DNA of 61,792 nucleotides, filler included, from Asterionella formosa (taxonomy: Eukaryota), in NCBI GenBank assembly GCA_002256025.1. It is 23 parts of 23 records of this genome, joined end to end, with 100 filler letters (N's around TTAATTAATTAA, not from the genome) between each part and the next. Parts side by side here need not be neighbours in the genome. Positions count along the whole stretch, not along the records: positions 21,593 to 24,186 come from NKIB01015082.1; positions 24,287 to 26,879 come from NKIB01015083.1; positions 26,980 to 29,575 come from NKIB01015084.1; positions 29,676 to 32,265 come from NKIB01015086.1; positions 32,366 to 34,955 come from NKIB01015087.1; positions 35,056 to 37,644 come from NKIB01015088.1; 17 more parts are not named here. One strand, written 5' to 3'. Both the position numbers and the translations under genes were made by a program. Below, piece by piece: positions 23,045-36,353 of the stretch. Numbering within the stretch: the first letter of the stretch is position 1; each line of letters begins with the position of its first letter. The notes beneath the pieces were generated by a model, which did not search any database, was not told the DNA's origin, and saw only the letters and a program-made list of their open reading frames with translations.

Positions 23045-23632
23045 AATGGGTGCGAAAAGAGTTATAAAAAAATAGGAAAAAAAAAATAAAAATTGAAAAA
23101 ATAAGTTAAAAAATAAAATAAAAAAGAGGGAAGAAAAGGAACCCGGCCCTGGGAGGGAAATGGCAAGTAACAACACAACTTAGTACTGTTTGGTGCTCAA
23201 CAGTGAAGTGATTGCCACTACCTCCCCCACCGAACAACGGAGAGGGGATAGGATTCTTGATGCTATGGGTGGCATGCACTGGAGTTCTGTCTCCTACCCC
23301 ACTCCCACCTGAGTATTCACTATCATGACTACTTGCGGGACCTCTCTCTAAGCCTGGCAGGTCGAGATGCGGTTCCGGGCAAAGGGAGACCAAAAAAGTG
23401 CCAAAACAAACACGTGCTTCGACAAATTATAGGAATCGACGGAGTGTCGTTCCACCTGCAGCTCCTCGGGGGCTGAACCAAGAAATTGGGACAGCTGAAT
23501 TTGTGCAGGAGACTGGAGATTCTGCCAGAAACGCTCACAGCACAGCAAAACTTTGACTCTTCGGTTGAAAGCTCATCATCCGATGGGGACGGTAGCCAGA
23601 TGGAACGGAACCCGGCAGGGGCCAGCACCCTT

Positions 23633-24186
23633 CATCTAAGACGCGAAATACGCCACTTTTCGAAATTTCGTCTACGTATGAGTGTTAATTATGTGGTACT
23701 TCACATGCATAAATGCCACTCTTCACGTAAAAAAGATTACTTTTAACGGTTTCATGTGAAGTTTTAACTGTTTCATGTGAAGTTTTCACAATGAATTTTG
23801 AACGCGAGACTGAATTAGTTGATGTTTCAAATAATTCATTTGACTTTTCGAAATTTCGTTTACGTACGAGTGTTAATTATGTGGTACTTCACATGCATTA
23901 ATGCCACTCTTCACGTAAAAAGGTTACTTTTAACGGTTTCATGTGAAGTTTTAACTGTTTCATGTGAAGTTTTCACAATGAATTTTGAACGCGAGACTGA
24001 ATTAGTTGATGTTTCAAATAATTCATTTGAAAGTTCAACTAAGATCCTGCTCTTGAGGCTAATACATTCGCAACACGCATTTTACTTAATGAAATAGTAA
24101 GGATATTTGTGGTGTCTAATGTCATCCATCTGAGATCAAAGTTTTACGGTTGTACACATCACATGAAGAACTCACACTTACCGGTA
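23633..24186 (+). mobile_element. 'CATCTAAG' dispersed repeat family with an internal 188-bp tandem duplication
   Basis: Same sharp 5' boundary in copies at 40042-40330 (+) and ~28596-28904 (-). Units start at 23655 and 23843. Confidence 0.8.
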
Positions 24187-24287
24187 NNNNNNNNNNNNNN
24201 NNNNNNNNNNNNNNNNNNNNNNNNNNNNNNTTAATTAATTAANNNNNNNNNNNNNNNNNNNNNNNNNNNNNNNNNNNNNNNNNNNNC

Positions 24288-24470
24288 AATTGTTTAACTA
24301 TCCTTCAAATAGGTCGAATGGCGGAATTTGTTTTTTGTACCAAATGTGAAGAAGTTTCTCCTATCGTTCAAGTTGATGGCAAGAGCACAAGTGATGACGG
24401 ACAAATCGCTCGAGTCATGCAGCAGCAAGAAAATGACGTGGCTTTGACAAGGAAAGTGGGTAGAAGATGA
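24288..24470 (+). CDS. 3' end of a gene with a probable zinc-ribbon C-terminus
   Basis: Open frame from the contig start: NCLTILQIGRMAEFVFCTKCEEVSPI...*. Not in the ORF track. Confidence 0.4.
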   Translation, partial: NCLTILQIGRMAEFVFCTKCEEVSPIVQVDGKSTSDDGQIARVMQQQENDVALTRKVGRR

Positions 24471-25526
24471 TGTGCATCCAACTCCTGAATTCGGTTGTGT
24501 TTAAGCTAACATTTCTACATTATTGATGTTAAAAATCTAAACTTTGTGATTTGATATCTATTTCTTGTAGTGATCTGGGAACTGTTATTTTCACATTTAA
24601 CGTTGCTAAATTCGGGGTGATGTCGCTACAATTGGACTTTAGAGAGATCAAGGAGTCGCACAACATGTTGCGCTTGGGATGGCAGCAATTTTTCATTTCT
24701 TTAACTCAATCTATGCTTGTTTCTTGCTTCGCTCTCATGATCTTTGCTGTAAATATACTTTTATTCACTATTATACATAATAATAGATGATTCATTATTC
24801 ACTCTTGATGGTCATTATTACGCACGCTTGATTTCAAAATAGCAATATCAGTTGACTGCCAACTAAATATTTCGGATTATTTTTGGACTAATATGGTGCC
24901 CTGGAACCTCCTCTCCTTCTGCCAAGAATAGTTGGTTTATTCATACGAGGAATAAAAATGCATCACCGATGACCAGTTCAACGATTGTCATCGCTTTTGC
25001 TTGGATACGATCTGAGTGACCACGCCAAAATACAAGCATTGGCCCCCAATCACACTTGCATCATGATACATATTAATTTAGACTCTGAGTATAATGTACC
25101 GGTAGTAGTACTGCCTATATTGTTGTATATTATGCATGGTCGTGTGATGCACCTCATTATAGAAATCTGCCAGGCCAGTGTCATTTCATTGCAGCCTAAA
25201 CTACATCTATGATAGTGCACGGCAAGGAAAGAATCCGAGAAAAAAGTGTGACTAGCAACTTGCTTGGCTGTTGGTCATGTTCCAGAAAAAGGAAAGGGAC
25301 ATTCTTATTTATTATCCGATTATAATCTATTAGCTGCGGCTAGAGGAGTTATAGTCTAGGCTACGTATACTTGGTTTGTTATGGGATACCAGTACCTCTT
25401 TCACAGCTGTACGATAAAAGCGTGGGATAAACTGTGTGCTTTGGTAGGGAATATGCTAAATGAGAACTTACCGGGCCTTTTTCATGTGAAACTAATTCTT
25501 GTACATTGGCGTAAACGGGAATGGGC

Positions 25527-25622
25527 TGCCATGCCATGCCATGCCATGCCATGCCATGCCATGCCATGCCATGCCATGCCATGCCATGCCATGCCATGCC
25601 ATGTCATGCCATGTCATGCCAT
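25527..25622 (+). repeat. Pentanucleotide microsatellite (TGCCA)n
   Basis: About 19 units; two TGTCA variants near the 3' end. Confidence 0.97.
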
Positions 25623-26085
25623 TTCTCAGAGGTTCACCTCATGTACCTAGAGCCTCTCCACGAGTATTGACACGCTCCTTGTATGTTTTGGATCTCAGTG
25701 TTGTAGGCAAGATTCTCGTGGCCATTCTATGATTAAACATGCAATCTGATTCGAATTGGTACAGTACAACATTTCCAAACAACGCTTCTTGCCACTAGTC
25801 TAAAATGACGTCTTTACGAGGGCTGTTTCTACTGTCAAGCCTCGACCGACGATTCTATACTAGGAAGAAAATGTATCCCCTTTTTGAACATTTAACCTCA
25901 AATGGATTCTAAAAATCGCACATGAATGTGTCTCCCCTGGTCGATATACTCTAGTCTACACCTCTTGAGAAATTGTAAACGACGCCATTTTATAATTCAG
26001 CAAAAGAGGAACTTTATTATTGGTGTGAGGGCGACAATACGAGACTTTAGCATCTTGCATTGTACGAAGCCTTCCCAAAACTATT

Positions 26086-26879
26086 TCATCGTTGGTCATC
26101 ATAGATTCGCTTGCCCTTGTAATAAGTTTTGGCAGTGTTGCGCGACCGAAACGCATTCTTCATTCCACTCCGCTTCTTTCTGTCCTCCAAATGCTGCTGC
26201 ACTCTGCGCCTGGCAATGATTTCCGCTTGCGATCGACTCTGTGCAGTGAACACTGAAATTTCATCTTCATTGAGAAGTATGTCACGGGCATGATCTTCGG
26301 CAGCATCATCGGAATAGTAGTTGTAATCACCATTCTCAACAGCTTCATCGTCTGGAATAGCAGGCACGCTGTGGTGGACTGCTTGTTCTGGCTCGAAATG
26401 AGCAATTTCAGGAGATTCAGTGTTGGAGCCTTCGTTATTTTCCTCATCACTTTCGTCCTGTTCGTCGTGCTCATCTGGCGCATCCCATCCACCCTTATTG
26501 ACTACGGCCGTGTCTGTGAAGTAAAACAACTCCATCTTTCGAGAAGCATCCCGATCGGAAAACCCGCTGGCTTGCAATTCTTCGTCCAATCGTAGCTGTG
26601 CACGACTTGCCAGGCACGTTGATTGATCGTCGGGAACTGCATTTTCTGAAGGTTTCGTTACATCTTCCCATTGCGGAATCATGTCTTCCCAACCATCTTC
26701 AGGGATGCACTTGAGTTTCATGACAAAGAATCGTTTCAAGCACTCGCAATCGCGTTCATACAAATCCTTGGCGTTGGGATGTCGGGTTGATACCATTTGA
26801 GGAAAGTCAATCAGAGTTACAATGGGTCGCGGTTCACCGTTCGCCAATACTTGAGCAGGTTTGGGAGCTTCTTCAGTGA
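26086..26879 (-). CDS. RIO2: RIO2 atypical Ser/Thr kinase, C-terminal part
   Basis: IDFPQMVSTRHPNA..YERD..C..RFF, RLDEELQASGF, an acidic linker and a basic tail (RSRNTAK). Confidence 0.9.
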
Positions 26880-26984
26880 NNNNNNNNNNNNNNNNNNNNN
26901 NNNNNNNNNNNNNNNNNNNNNNNTTAATTAATTAANNNNNNNNNNNNNNNNNNNNNNNNNNNNNNNNNNNNNNNNNNNNAAAAA

Positions 26985-27645
26985 ATAAACCTCAAGATAT
27001 TATTATTCTGATGCCAACTATTTTTAGCTTCTACTCTGTCTACTGCATACGCCACTTTACATGGTGCTGATGACAACGACTCTCGCTGCCATGTCTTTTT
27101 TCACGCAAACTCTCTTGTCGCCAGCAGCTCCTCTCATCGCCCGCCAATACATATTGCAGTTGTCGTCCCCCTTTTTCTAGCTATGAATTAGGCAGCATTC
27201 AATTCTGTTTCTGGAAGGTAACAAAATGGATATATGTATCATTTTTCTGTATACATGACATATTCTCCATCATTCATACCTAATCACAACGATATGGTAT
27301 CCGGCCGGCTGCAAGGATGATGCTTAACATTTCCTTTTGATCTGCTGGTAGCTCCATTTTTGACAGTTGTTATCTATCTTTCTATTTATATATATAGTAA
27401 ACCTTTTTTTAGAGAAAAGTTTTTTATTTTAATCAGCCCTAAAGAAATGAACCTCAAGAGATTATTATTCTGATGCCACCAATTTTTAGCTTCTACTCTG
27501 TCTACTCACGCCACTTTACATACTCTTGACAAAGACTCTCACTGCCATGTCTGTTTTTAACACAAACTCTCTTGTCGCCAGCAGCTCCTCTCATCGCCTG
27601 CCGATACTTATTTCAGTTTTCGCCTTCCTTTCTCTAGCACTGAAT
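26985..27645 (+). repeat. Diverged direct repeat (~200 bp): 26985-27190 and 27445-27645
   Basis: AACCTCAAGA..ATTATTCTGATGCC..CTTCTACTCTGTCTACT..AACTCTCTTGTCGCCAGCAGCTCCTCTCATCGCC appears twice. Confidence 0.85.
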
Positions 27646-28595
27646 CAAAAACAAGAACTTGCTAATTCATCGAAAAGTGCACTTAAACAGTCGAAAAATA
27701 ATATTCAACCATCATCTAGTGCATTTTCTAAGCCCACTCCCCTTACCACTGATGATAATCCCTCCCCATCCCCACCAGACTCTTGCACACTTAATGACCC
27801 ACAAGGCAAGAGCAAGAAATGGTTTCTTCAACAAATGGCGATAAAGAGGACCAATCAGCAACATCAGTATCTTCTGCAAATAAAAAGTATCATGCATATA
27901 GGATCAAGGGTATTTTACACTTAGTGGCACAGTATTTTCATACTATGTAAGTCAATTAGCCAAATCATAAATGAAATTATTGGAAATTCGATTCTAATAT
28001 GGAACACTTAAACCCAAGAATAGTTATTGCTATCCCCTATGATAACCGTTTTTTGAACTCCGAGAAGGCTTTTAGGCCTAAGAAGGGGAACATCGGACCT
28101 TAGCTATTGGAGGTAAAAATCAGCTAAATTTATCGCAACCCTAATCCAAGAAATCGAAAACGTCTATGGCCAATAAGCTGAAATGACATGATTGGTAAAC
28201 ATCAATCTTCGAAAATGTTGTCAAAATGATCCTCCAATAGGGGGTCAAAAAATTCCAATAAGGTAAAAATTGGTCCCTGTGTTAACCCATCAATAAACCA
28301 ATAGAGGAGGCTTGTTGGGACATCGACACACACCATAAATATTTGTACTTCTCCTAAATTGAAGTTGTCTTTCGCAATGAATTGCTTACCCTCTAAAAAG
28401 TGTATCTTGAACTTTTAGAGTAATTAGTTATAATATCAACTACCGGTAGTTCCGTCTTGGAAATCACTATATGATTGTGAAAAATCACATGAAAACAGGA
28501 AGATTAATATTGTTCACTACAATAAGTGCACATGACATGATACGTGAAGAGCACAGCAACCAGAAACTGTTGATTTTCCAGCATGCCTGAAATAA

Positions 28596-28904
28596 GACAC
28601 CACAAATATCCTTACTATTTCATAAATGAAGATGCATGTCGTAAGTGACAAATCATCCATGATTTTGAAATGAATTATTTGAAACATCAAGCAACTAATG
28701 CAGTCTTGAGTTTTAAGTTCATTGTGAAAGAAACCTTACATGATGAACGCGGTAAAACTTCACATGAAATCGTTAAAAGTTACCTGCTTATTTATGGGAA
28801 GAGTGGCATTAATTCATGTGAAGTACCACATTTAATCAAAACTCCTATGTACTGGAGTAGATGAAATTTCGAAAAGAAAAGTGGCCTATTTTGTGGCTTA
28901 GATG
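28596..28904 (-). mobile_element. Diverged copy of the CATCTAAG repeat family, without the internal duplication
   Basis: The reverse complement begins CATCTAAGCCACAAAATAGGCCACTTTT and contains ATGAAATAGTAAGGATATTTGTGGTGTC, as at ~24090. Confidence 0.75.
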
Positions 28905-31900
28905 GTGTGCGTGGAGAAACCACAATAATAGTCTACAAGATAATATATACTACACATGTGTTTATGGCCTTAATGAGTACAATTATATGTAAACATATTC
29001 GTATATAAATACAATCATCTGTATTCATCTATTTATCATTGCTTCATACCTCAAAAATACCAATTTTGTTCAGTTTTTCAAATGTCTTCCCTATCAGGGA
29101 ACCCAGATAAAATAATAACCAGCTCTGGCTACACCCAGATAAAAAATGTACTTAACGGTAACCGCATGCGGGAAACCCTCGTACTCCAGTACAGTACTCT
29201 ACCGGTACCAGGTATACTAAATCATAATCGCTGCGTGGAATCCGACATAGTGACTAACTTAGGTAAAGATGTATTAAAAGAATTATTTGTAAAAAGAGTG
29301 AGCAAGATCGAGCACTCACTTCTTGCTTTCGCTATCGCTAACTAACAGACACTTCCACTCTATCGCCAATGTCTGCGTGATATAATGACTAGTCACTGCT
29401 GTACCGTACTCCTACGTATTGCTACGTACTAAGCGCCAACCTTAATTATTCAGTCCGCTCGAGCAATATGGAGGTGACCGAGATGTTGCTTGCCACAAAT
29501 CTATGACCTGGTTTTCAAAGCCACATGTCTTGCATGTCCAGGAGGTAACCAAGCATCTTATGACGCTTGATGAACNNNNNNNNNNNNNNNNNNNNNNNNN
29601 NNNNNNNNNNNNNNNNNNNTTAATTAATTAANNNNNNNNNNNNNNNNNNNNNNNNNNNNNNNNNNNNNNNNNNNNTTGACAAATAGGTACCTACGGGAAA
29701 AGGAAGCAATGCTTTCAGCATCATCAATCTAGCTATACACAAGCCTGCGCCACCTGATGTCGTCAATATAGCTAACTCGACTTCATCAATGAAGAAGTCA
29801 ATAGGTGGAGCATGTGAGGAAAATCGGGGTTGAGGTTTTCTTGACGCCAACGTGGACCTGCTTGGCTGAACTCCTTGCAGATGAAGGCATTGAGTAACCT
29901 GGGCCTGTGAAGCCAAAGGATGAAGAAAAATCTACGACAAGGGTGATGAGATAGTGTTTAGGAGGAGGGGGGAGCAAAAGATATCATAGCTGAATGCATT
30001 TGAAACTTGTATAGACAATAAATGGTGGAATACCATGGCTGCTCTTGCTTGGCTGACAGCTGCCAAGTCAAGTACAAACACAACAAGAGAGGGTGCACAA
30101 AATTAAAAAATCAACAGCAGGGAATATATGCTGATGCACTGCTCCTTGTATAGACTAGCTACATTTGATCATTTCCATATTTCATACTATACAGGTGCAT
30201 GGATGACTCCTCCCACCCTTTCATTAGATATGCAGCCATATTGCGATAATTCTACAGGACCTATAGGATTGGTAGTCTGGTGGTCATCATTTCCGCATTG
30301 TATATACCAGTAGGAGTCATGTATGCTTGCATGCTGCGATAATTCTTACAAGACATAAAAATTTGGTAGCTTGGGATTTATCACTTCCGGACTGTACACA
30401 GGGGGGAAGGGGTTGCATGCATGAGCATCGAATACTATGGTATAAAATATGATCTTTAATCAATGAATTTAGATTCGTTTATCCTATAACTTTGATCATA
30501 ACATATTGATCATATGATGAACGGTCTCGTTGATGAGAAAATGAATGATCAACATTTATTTTCAAGGATCAGGATCAATTGATCTTAGAAATATGATCAA
30601 ATGATCCTATACACATGAGCATATTCAGTTTTTCTCTGCACTATTGTGGTATTTCCATGATGGAAGTAATTACCAGCAATTATACAGTACTACCGGTAGG
30701 CCATATGAATTTTGGCCAATATGTCTAAATACATGAATGTATGATTTCGACCATTTGAAAAATTTGTGATGACTCCCGTTTATTAAGGGGCTTAATTTAA
30801 TCAGCCACTGACTTGTAGGTACAAGAATTGACACAACAAAAATTGAAAAAACTCAACAGGTCGTCGAACACTATGAGCTCATCATGCATTGTATATATTT
30901 GAATTATGTATAATCAAAATTGATGAAACTGTGCAAATGTTCAACTTTATATACATTTAAACTTCTTACAAATCTTTATATATATGTATTCATGGCTGAA
31001 ACATTTGAAATCATGTTTTCATGTTCCTTGTCATGCATACCCTTTGCTCCTGAATTGAAGGATTAACACAGATGATGACGCCGAAAACGAAAGTGATAAT
31101 ACAGCACAATGATTCTTGCGGCTTAGAAGAGAAGGGCGGAATCAATTGATGGTAAGTCAAGAGCAAATGCCTTTCATGTCGTTCCTTGCCATGCTGCATC
31201 CACTTCCTCAAATGAAGGATCTCAAGCAACACATGATGCGAAAAACTGAAGTGACAATACAGCACGATAAGAATGAGTGGATATGATGGAGAAGGGCGGA
31301 ATCAACAAGCTGTGCATAGCATCACGGTTTGTGAAGAGCAAATGCCAAGATGATCAATTTCTGGGATTACAATCACGGAATGACTCGTCCCCTTTCAGTG
31401 ATTCAATAGCTCCTTTTCGATTTGGTAACTGGCCAACCATCAATGGCTGTGGACAAAAGAAATCGGTATGTGCTGCCTATCAGCCATCTTTGGATCAATC
31501 TACAACTGTTAGAAAAACTGACACATATGTGTTGCTTCTTTTAGGATAATGGTAGACAATCAGTAGTATTTGTAAGTTACAAACAGCAGTGTTGGAGCCC
31601 ATTTATTGATCGATACTTTGCTTCTCATTCAATCTTCGACCGACACATTCTTCTACAGAAATATGCATCAGTTACTTCCTCAATTTGTGGTGAGTGGAGG
31701 CAGATAGAAGCGACATGAATGTTGTTGTGTAAGCAAAACATGAACAGCTAACAATGAATTGCTTCTCTTTGTTAGTATGGCTGATAGGAACAATGTAACG
31801 GATTCATAAAACCATTCTTATATATAGTTCTAAATTTCGATCAATTTCATCCTATTTTAGACAGTGATATCGATGAGTATTACGATCATGCTAAGATAGA

Positions 31901-32365
31901 TGTATGACAAAAGTATACACATCATATGACCATGTTTAACTGATTAAATGATGCAATGGTATTATATCTATGATAGTCTCATCATACTTCAAGCTTGGTA
32001 AAAGTTTGATGCATGATCATAATTATACGATACATTGATCATATTTTCGATCGAACAACTATCATATATTTGAAAATCCTTTGCCACTTAGCGTATGATA
32101 CCCTTGATCATATTTTCATGATATTTTTTGCTTATTTGCAGACGTAGTCTAGGTGAATTACTACTACCACTACCACTAGCTAGATGATATCACATGACAA
32201 TCACAAAATTTTCGACCATCATGACCCCGATTTCCACTTCTTATCAGCCTCTTCCATTTATCTTTNNNNNNNNNNNNNNNNNNNNNNNNNNNNNNNNNNN
32301 NNNNNNNNNTTAATTAATTAANNNNNNNNNNNNNNNNNNNNNNNNNNNNNNNNNNNNNNNNNNNN

Positions 32366-34955
32366 GCTAAGAAGGCTAACAATGGTGGAAAAATGCCTTA
32401 TGGTGCTATTTCTAGGACAGTATCAGCTAAGCAATGCATTTTCCCTTGGATATCTGTTAACCAAGTGAAGAATGAACTAAAACGAAGTGCTAAACTAGAA
32501 GTTAAGTCTAGTACTACTATGTATACTACTTCTGGTTCGTCCCTCTTTCAACCATCAACTGCAACCATGGTGTCTACATTGACACCTGACCATTGTGGCC
32601 CTACTAAAACCCAATTCTTGAATGCTGATGGCAGCTTTGCCTTGTTATTTCCCAGCAATCTCATTCATAATTCATATGAAATTGTCGAGGAGGAAGAAGA
32701 TGACAACAATGAAGGTGTGAGTGAGCATTATGATAGTCAGTTTACAATGGGCACTTTGGCATATGAAACTGGAAACAATGGTGTGCTTACCTGGGGAAGT
32801 TTGGAGGCAAATACAAACACAACGAAAACAAACAAGGAGGACATGAGTAATACAACTGTTGGTGGACGGCCCAAAGGTGCCACCATTGCTGCCACCATTA
32901 GCAACAAATCCCAGATGCAAAAAGCATTGAGTGAAGCAACAGATGAGTACATGAATAAAATGCTAGACAGCAAAAATAACAACAAACGTACCTCCAAAGG
33001 AACAATTTCTTTGATCATTGATGCTGCCAAGGAAAGGAATGGAATACCTGCTAATGTGAAGGTTAGTTTTGAAACAGTCAGAAGCAGAGCAGCAATCAAA
33101 ATAAAGAAGAGTGGTGAGGTTCAGAATGGTCAGCATCATATTAGCAAACATGGACATCAATCACCAATGAACGAGATTGAACCTTACCTTGTTGGACTCA
33201 TTCAACAACTTGCAAAAATGAGGGTCCCAATCTCTGTTTCTGAAGGACTGATGCTTGCCAACTCTTTGATTGCTGGTACTGAAACTATGGCAAAGGTGAA
33301 CAATAGGAGAGAAACAAATTGCATTCCATTCCAAATCAACAAAAAACCTGAACTTGGGAAATCCTATTGGAAAGGATTTATGAAAAGAAATGCACAGTTA
33401 GTTACAGCAAAGAAGGGAGTTAAGGCTTGAGAGCAAACGTGCAGATTGGTGTACGTACCAGTCCTTCTTGTCAATGTATAAAGACGTCTATAAAGAAATG
33501 GTGGCTGGAGGAGTTACTAGACGAAACCAAAGCAAACAATGGTACTCAAAAGAAGGGTTAGTTGTTGAGGAGCAGGAAGCGTTTGGGTTAGCAAGTGAAT
33601 ATGAGCTAATCAGACCTGACCGTCTCCTCTTTGTGGACGAAGTTGGTTCCAATACATCCCAAACAAAAGATGGCAACGTTGGTGGCGAAAAATTTCTTTG
33701 CATTGCAGGTGGCCGTCCTCAAATCCGGGCCTCGACCAAAGATGCACACTTTACTGTCCTAGGATTCACTGCAGCCAATGGTCAACCAATCATGTGCGCA
33801 ATTATTTTTGCCGCAAAAGCCCCGGAAGACGATTGGGTGTTTGGCCTAGCTCCGTTTGCTGCTTGGGAAGGAGAAGATGAAAACATACATGGCAACAGCG
33901 GAAAGGGAAAACGATATCCACAAGGACCAGTCTGTGATGTGGAAGGGAAACAGTTGCCTACATACTGCTGTGTGTCGGAAAACGGCTCAATCACTGCAGA
34001 GCTTCTGGTTGGCATGCTAAAGCACATGGATGACGCTGGCATCTTTCCTCGAAACAACGGGCCCCCACCATTCCTAATACTTGATGGACATGGGTCTCGA
34101 TCTGACATTTTGTTCCTTGAATACATAAACAACCCAGTACACAATTGGACAGTCTGTATTGGTGTTCCTTATGGTACAAGCTACTGGCAGGTTGGAGACA
34201 GTAGTGAGCAAAACTGTTGTTTCAAAATGAACGTCACAAAAGCAAAACGCAAATTGCTCACCTTAAAAGCAGATCACAGGCAAGAGCTTACAATTAACAA
34301 GCAAGGTCGACATTGTTGGACTGGGAATACGGCATGGGACAATTCCTTTGCAAATATTGCCACAAACAAGAAAGCAATTTATGAACGAGGATGGTATCCC
34401 CTGAACTATAATGTCTTGCTTCACCCTGAAATTCAACTAACCCAACCACAACAGAACATCAATGCGCCCACAGAGACTGCCACTCTCCCTCCTGATGAGT
34501 TAAACCTCCAAACTGGCTTTGCTGGAACAATTGTTGGAAGAATTAACGAGTTTTGCAAATGCGAGGATGTGCGAAATGGAATCGACCGGGAGGCCCAAGC
34601 TAGAAAGAGAAAGGAGACAGCGGATTCACACATTGAGGGACACAAGAAGAGGATAACAGCAGGACTACTGGCCTCTGCACAAACCTTTGCTCTTGGGCCA
34701 AATATTCTTGCTGCTACACTGGAACGGAAGCGAATTTCAGACATTGTCATTAGTACAAAAGAAACAAAAAAGCAACAAGAATTCAATACACTTCGCGGAA
34801 AAGTACTTACATTGAAGGAACAGAACAAAACAAAACAAAAGAACAGATGTCTGTGCCAGAATTGAAATTAATGGTGCGTTGGTACAAACGATCAGGTGAT
34901 TTGCCGGTTCCACAAACAAGGCAAGCTCTGATTACAAGATTCGACGACACCAATC
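32366..34955 (+). mobile_element. Pogo-like (Tc1/mariner superfamily, DDE_1) transposase, frameshifted near 33425
   Basis: CENP-B-type HTH (IEPYLV..MRVPIS..G..YWKGFMKRN) and DDE motifs LFVDEVG, FLILDGHGSR, YWQVGDSSEQN. Confidence 0.85.
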
Positions 34956-36133
34956 NNNNNNNNNNNNNNNNNNNNNNNNNNNNNNNNNNNNNNNNNNNNT
35001 TAATTAATTAANNNNNNNNNNNNNNNNNNNNNNNNNNNNNNNNNNNNNNNNNNNNAGAACCGCCGAGTTGTCGTAATACCCGTCGTCATGATAGTGCTCA
35101 ACACATTATTATATGAGGCGGATCTAAACGGGCGAAATTTTGCATCTTTCGTCGAATTTTGTTGCTGCTCATCAATCCAATTATTTTTAACTCTTTCTTC
35201 CGGGTTTTGTGTATGCGCGACGAGCAAACCTCCTCTTGTATCACGGAAATGTGTTTCTATATACCAACTTCATTTTGCTGAAAATTTGAAATATTCGCTG
35301 ACTGATGCTGACTTCAATAGGTAAGTGAATAGCAAGACGAGAATAGCTATGAAATAGGTTGTGAACTGGTGAAGGCAAGACAAGCCCGAGGTGGTCTCTT
35401 GCCTGCGAGTATACATGTGTTCGAGGCTGGGTGGTACAAGTAGGTTGACCGTTCGAGTGGCGCCCCCAGCGCTGTCAGAAGGTCACCCTACGAATGGCTG
35501 CCATCCCAGCAGAGTACACATGTAAACGAGAAGGCAAGTAGGAGCCACCGAGAAGGGTATTTTTGAGGTAGCTAATTCACAAGAAGCTAGCAATTATCGC
35601 GCCATTCGCTTACCTACTGCCCACTCATTGAGAGTAAATGTCATTTTTGCTTCTTGCTATAGCCCATCAGATAAAATATATTTGTAGATGTCCTATTGTC
35701 ACATAAAATCTTGCCAAAGGCCCGATATTGCCCATCATTAAAACATATTTTGTATTTTTCGTATGTTCGCATTTCGAAATGACAATTTACGCCAATTGCC
35801 CCTCGGTTTTCCAGCCCTGGGATTGCCGAAATCGGCAAGGGGTATACTTATGGAAACCATTTTAAATACTCTACAGATTTGTAGTATTCACCTAGGTTTT
35901 TCGTCGTCGCCTGAAAACTGACTCCGGCAATTCACCTTTCACCATGCTGATCATCGTCCATCATGCTGCCCAGTCTGAAGCGAAATGATTTCATTGATGA
36001 TTCCAGTAGCAATTCGTTGTCAAACGGATGCGGTTGGTTGCTAGATTGCTTGTCTTCTCGTGGGATTCATATAGTCACATGGTCCATAATTCTTTGGAGG
36101 ATCAATGATACCGGTATATATCTGATGTTGGTG

Positions 36134-36353
36134 TCGGGGGAATAGCTTAGTGGGTCAGCTCACCTTACGAGGTGGCGGCTTTGTTTCCCGCATTCTCCGC
36201 CTGCTTTGTTTATGTAGGAGTCCCTTGGGTTCCGGGTGGTGAGGCAGACAACAAGCAGGTCAAAGGCCCTCTGGGGGGCCAAGTGCGACTTCACAACCTC
36301 CACAAATGTCGAGTTCTTTAACAAAAGCATACTCTAAAATTTACTTAATAATT
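36134..36353 (+). mobile_element. 220-bp SINE-like or retroposed insertion with a 15-bp target-site duplication
   Basis: TATCTGATGTTGGTG flanks both sides (36119-36133 and 36354-36368). tRNA-like head GGGGGAATAGCTTAGTGG, GC-rich stems, AT-rich tail. Confidence 0.7.

Noticed and set aside
25379..25732. MAWHG and MPCHA repeat ORFs
   Set aside because: These are translations of the (TGCCA)n microsatellite.
36136..36270. Intact tRNA or HDV-like ribozyme in the SINE-like insert
   Set aside because: The second hairpin has a 4-nt loop and there is no T-arm. An HDV fit needs a 5-nt L3 and lacks the P1.1 GG.
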